NCBI GenBank assembly: GCA_934434925.1
Contig: CAKSAC010000001.1
Coordinates: forward strand, 20,029-84,028
Source of the DNA: an uncultured Eubacteriales bacterium
GTDB lineage: Bacteria; Bacillota; Clostridia; Oscillospirales; CAG-272
DNA length: 64,000 nt
Direction of reading: 5' to 3'
A model generated the notes under the pieces. That model was not told where the DNA came from. It did no database searches and saw only the letters and a program-made list of their open reading frames with translations. How positions within the stretch are numbered: the stretch's first letter is position 1; each line of letters starts with the position of its first letter. The position numbers and the translations under genes were made by a program. Below, piece by piece: positions 63,701-64,000 of the stretch.

Positions 63701-64000
63701 ATTGACTTCCTGCCTTTTGGAAATATCGGAAAAAGTTTTCCGCGTTTTTATAAAAGAGGTTGCGTATCAGCGCGTCGGGGTATCCTGCGGTCTGTAAAAC
63801 GGGGATCAGCCGCGCCATGTCCGCAAGATGGGAAACGCCGGCCGGATGAGAAGAAATCCCGTCAAGATCAGTGCCGAGGCAAACGGTATTTTCTCCGCCG
63901 AGGGCGAGATAATGTTCAAGGTGCAGAAGGAAATGCTCTTCGTCTGCCACGCCGGAAACGGTAAGATGTTCCGGACACAGGCAAAGCCCCACGATCCCGC
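63675..64000 (-). CDS. Membrane dipeptidase (peptidase M19)-like protein, 3' part only (runs off the window)
   Basis: The C-terminal fragment ...LGTDLDG...NLFYKNAENFF resembles the renal-dipeptidase family end. It overlaps the thrC start by 26 nt. The 5' end is outside the window. Confidence 0.5.
   Translation of the reverse strand, partial: GIVGLCLCPEHLTVSGVADEEHFLLHLEHYLALGGENTVCLGTDLDGISSHPAGVSHLADMARLIPVLQTAGYPDALIRNLFYKNAENFFRYFQKAGSQYELQKHKK

Overview
Moderately GC-rich (by eye) Firmicutes/Clostridia-type chromosomal segment. It consists almost entirely of core housekeeping genes in familiar conserved blocks: era-recO; mutS2; rpmG-secE-nusG-rplK-rplA; clpC; a putative spore-cortex-lytic operon; prs; ychF; lipid kinase-comEC; rarA; recG; gdpP-rplI-dnaB-tilS-hpt-ftsH; a Na+-pumping biotin-dependent decarboxylase operon; yunB; a Xer-type recombinase; cwlD-radA; an EF-G paralogue; a liv-type branched-chain amino acid ABC transporter; tig-clpP-clpX; a GH2 glycosidase; and thrC. 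The sporulation and germination genes (yunB, cwlD, SleC-like, DUF1540) suggest an endospore former. I found no rRNA, tRNA, CRISPR array, IS element or prophage. One short gene missing from the ORF track (rpmG, 49 aa) was recovered by hand translation. Several ORF-track starts were corrected using RBS and promoter positions. I do NOT see a convincing novel multi-gene protein system such as a defence island. The most unusual signals are non-coding or architectural. (1) A palindrome-saturated 131-bp unit is present in three near-identical tandem copies between clpC and the rpmG operon. (2) A spacer-less array of seven 22-bp iteron-like repeats lies upstream of tig. (3) Trigger factor carries a 117-aa Lys/Ala-rich tail containing a 45-aa tandem duplication. 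(4) The decarboxylase operon combines an acyl-CoA carboxyltransferase with an OadA/5S-type carboxyltransferase. (5) A consensus promoter plus intrinsic terminator lies just upstream of the lipid-kinase/comEC pair, either as an attenuator or as a small RNA. (6) Several proteins have substitutions at canonical catalytic positions: an EF-G paralogue, an E2-like acyltransferase, and the ComEC beta-lactamase-like domain. All calls rest on reading the sequence and recalling family motifs. No database search or folding computation was possible.
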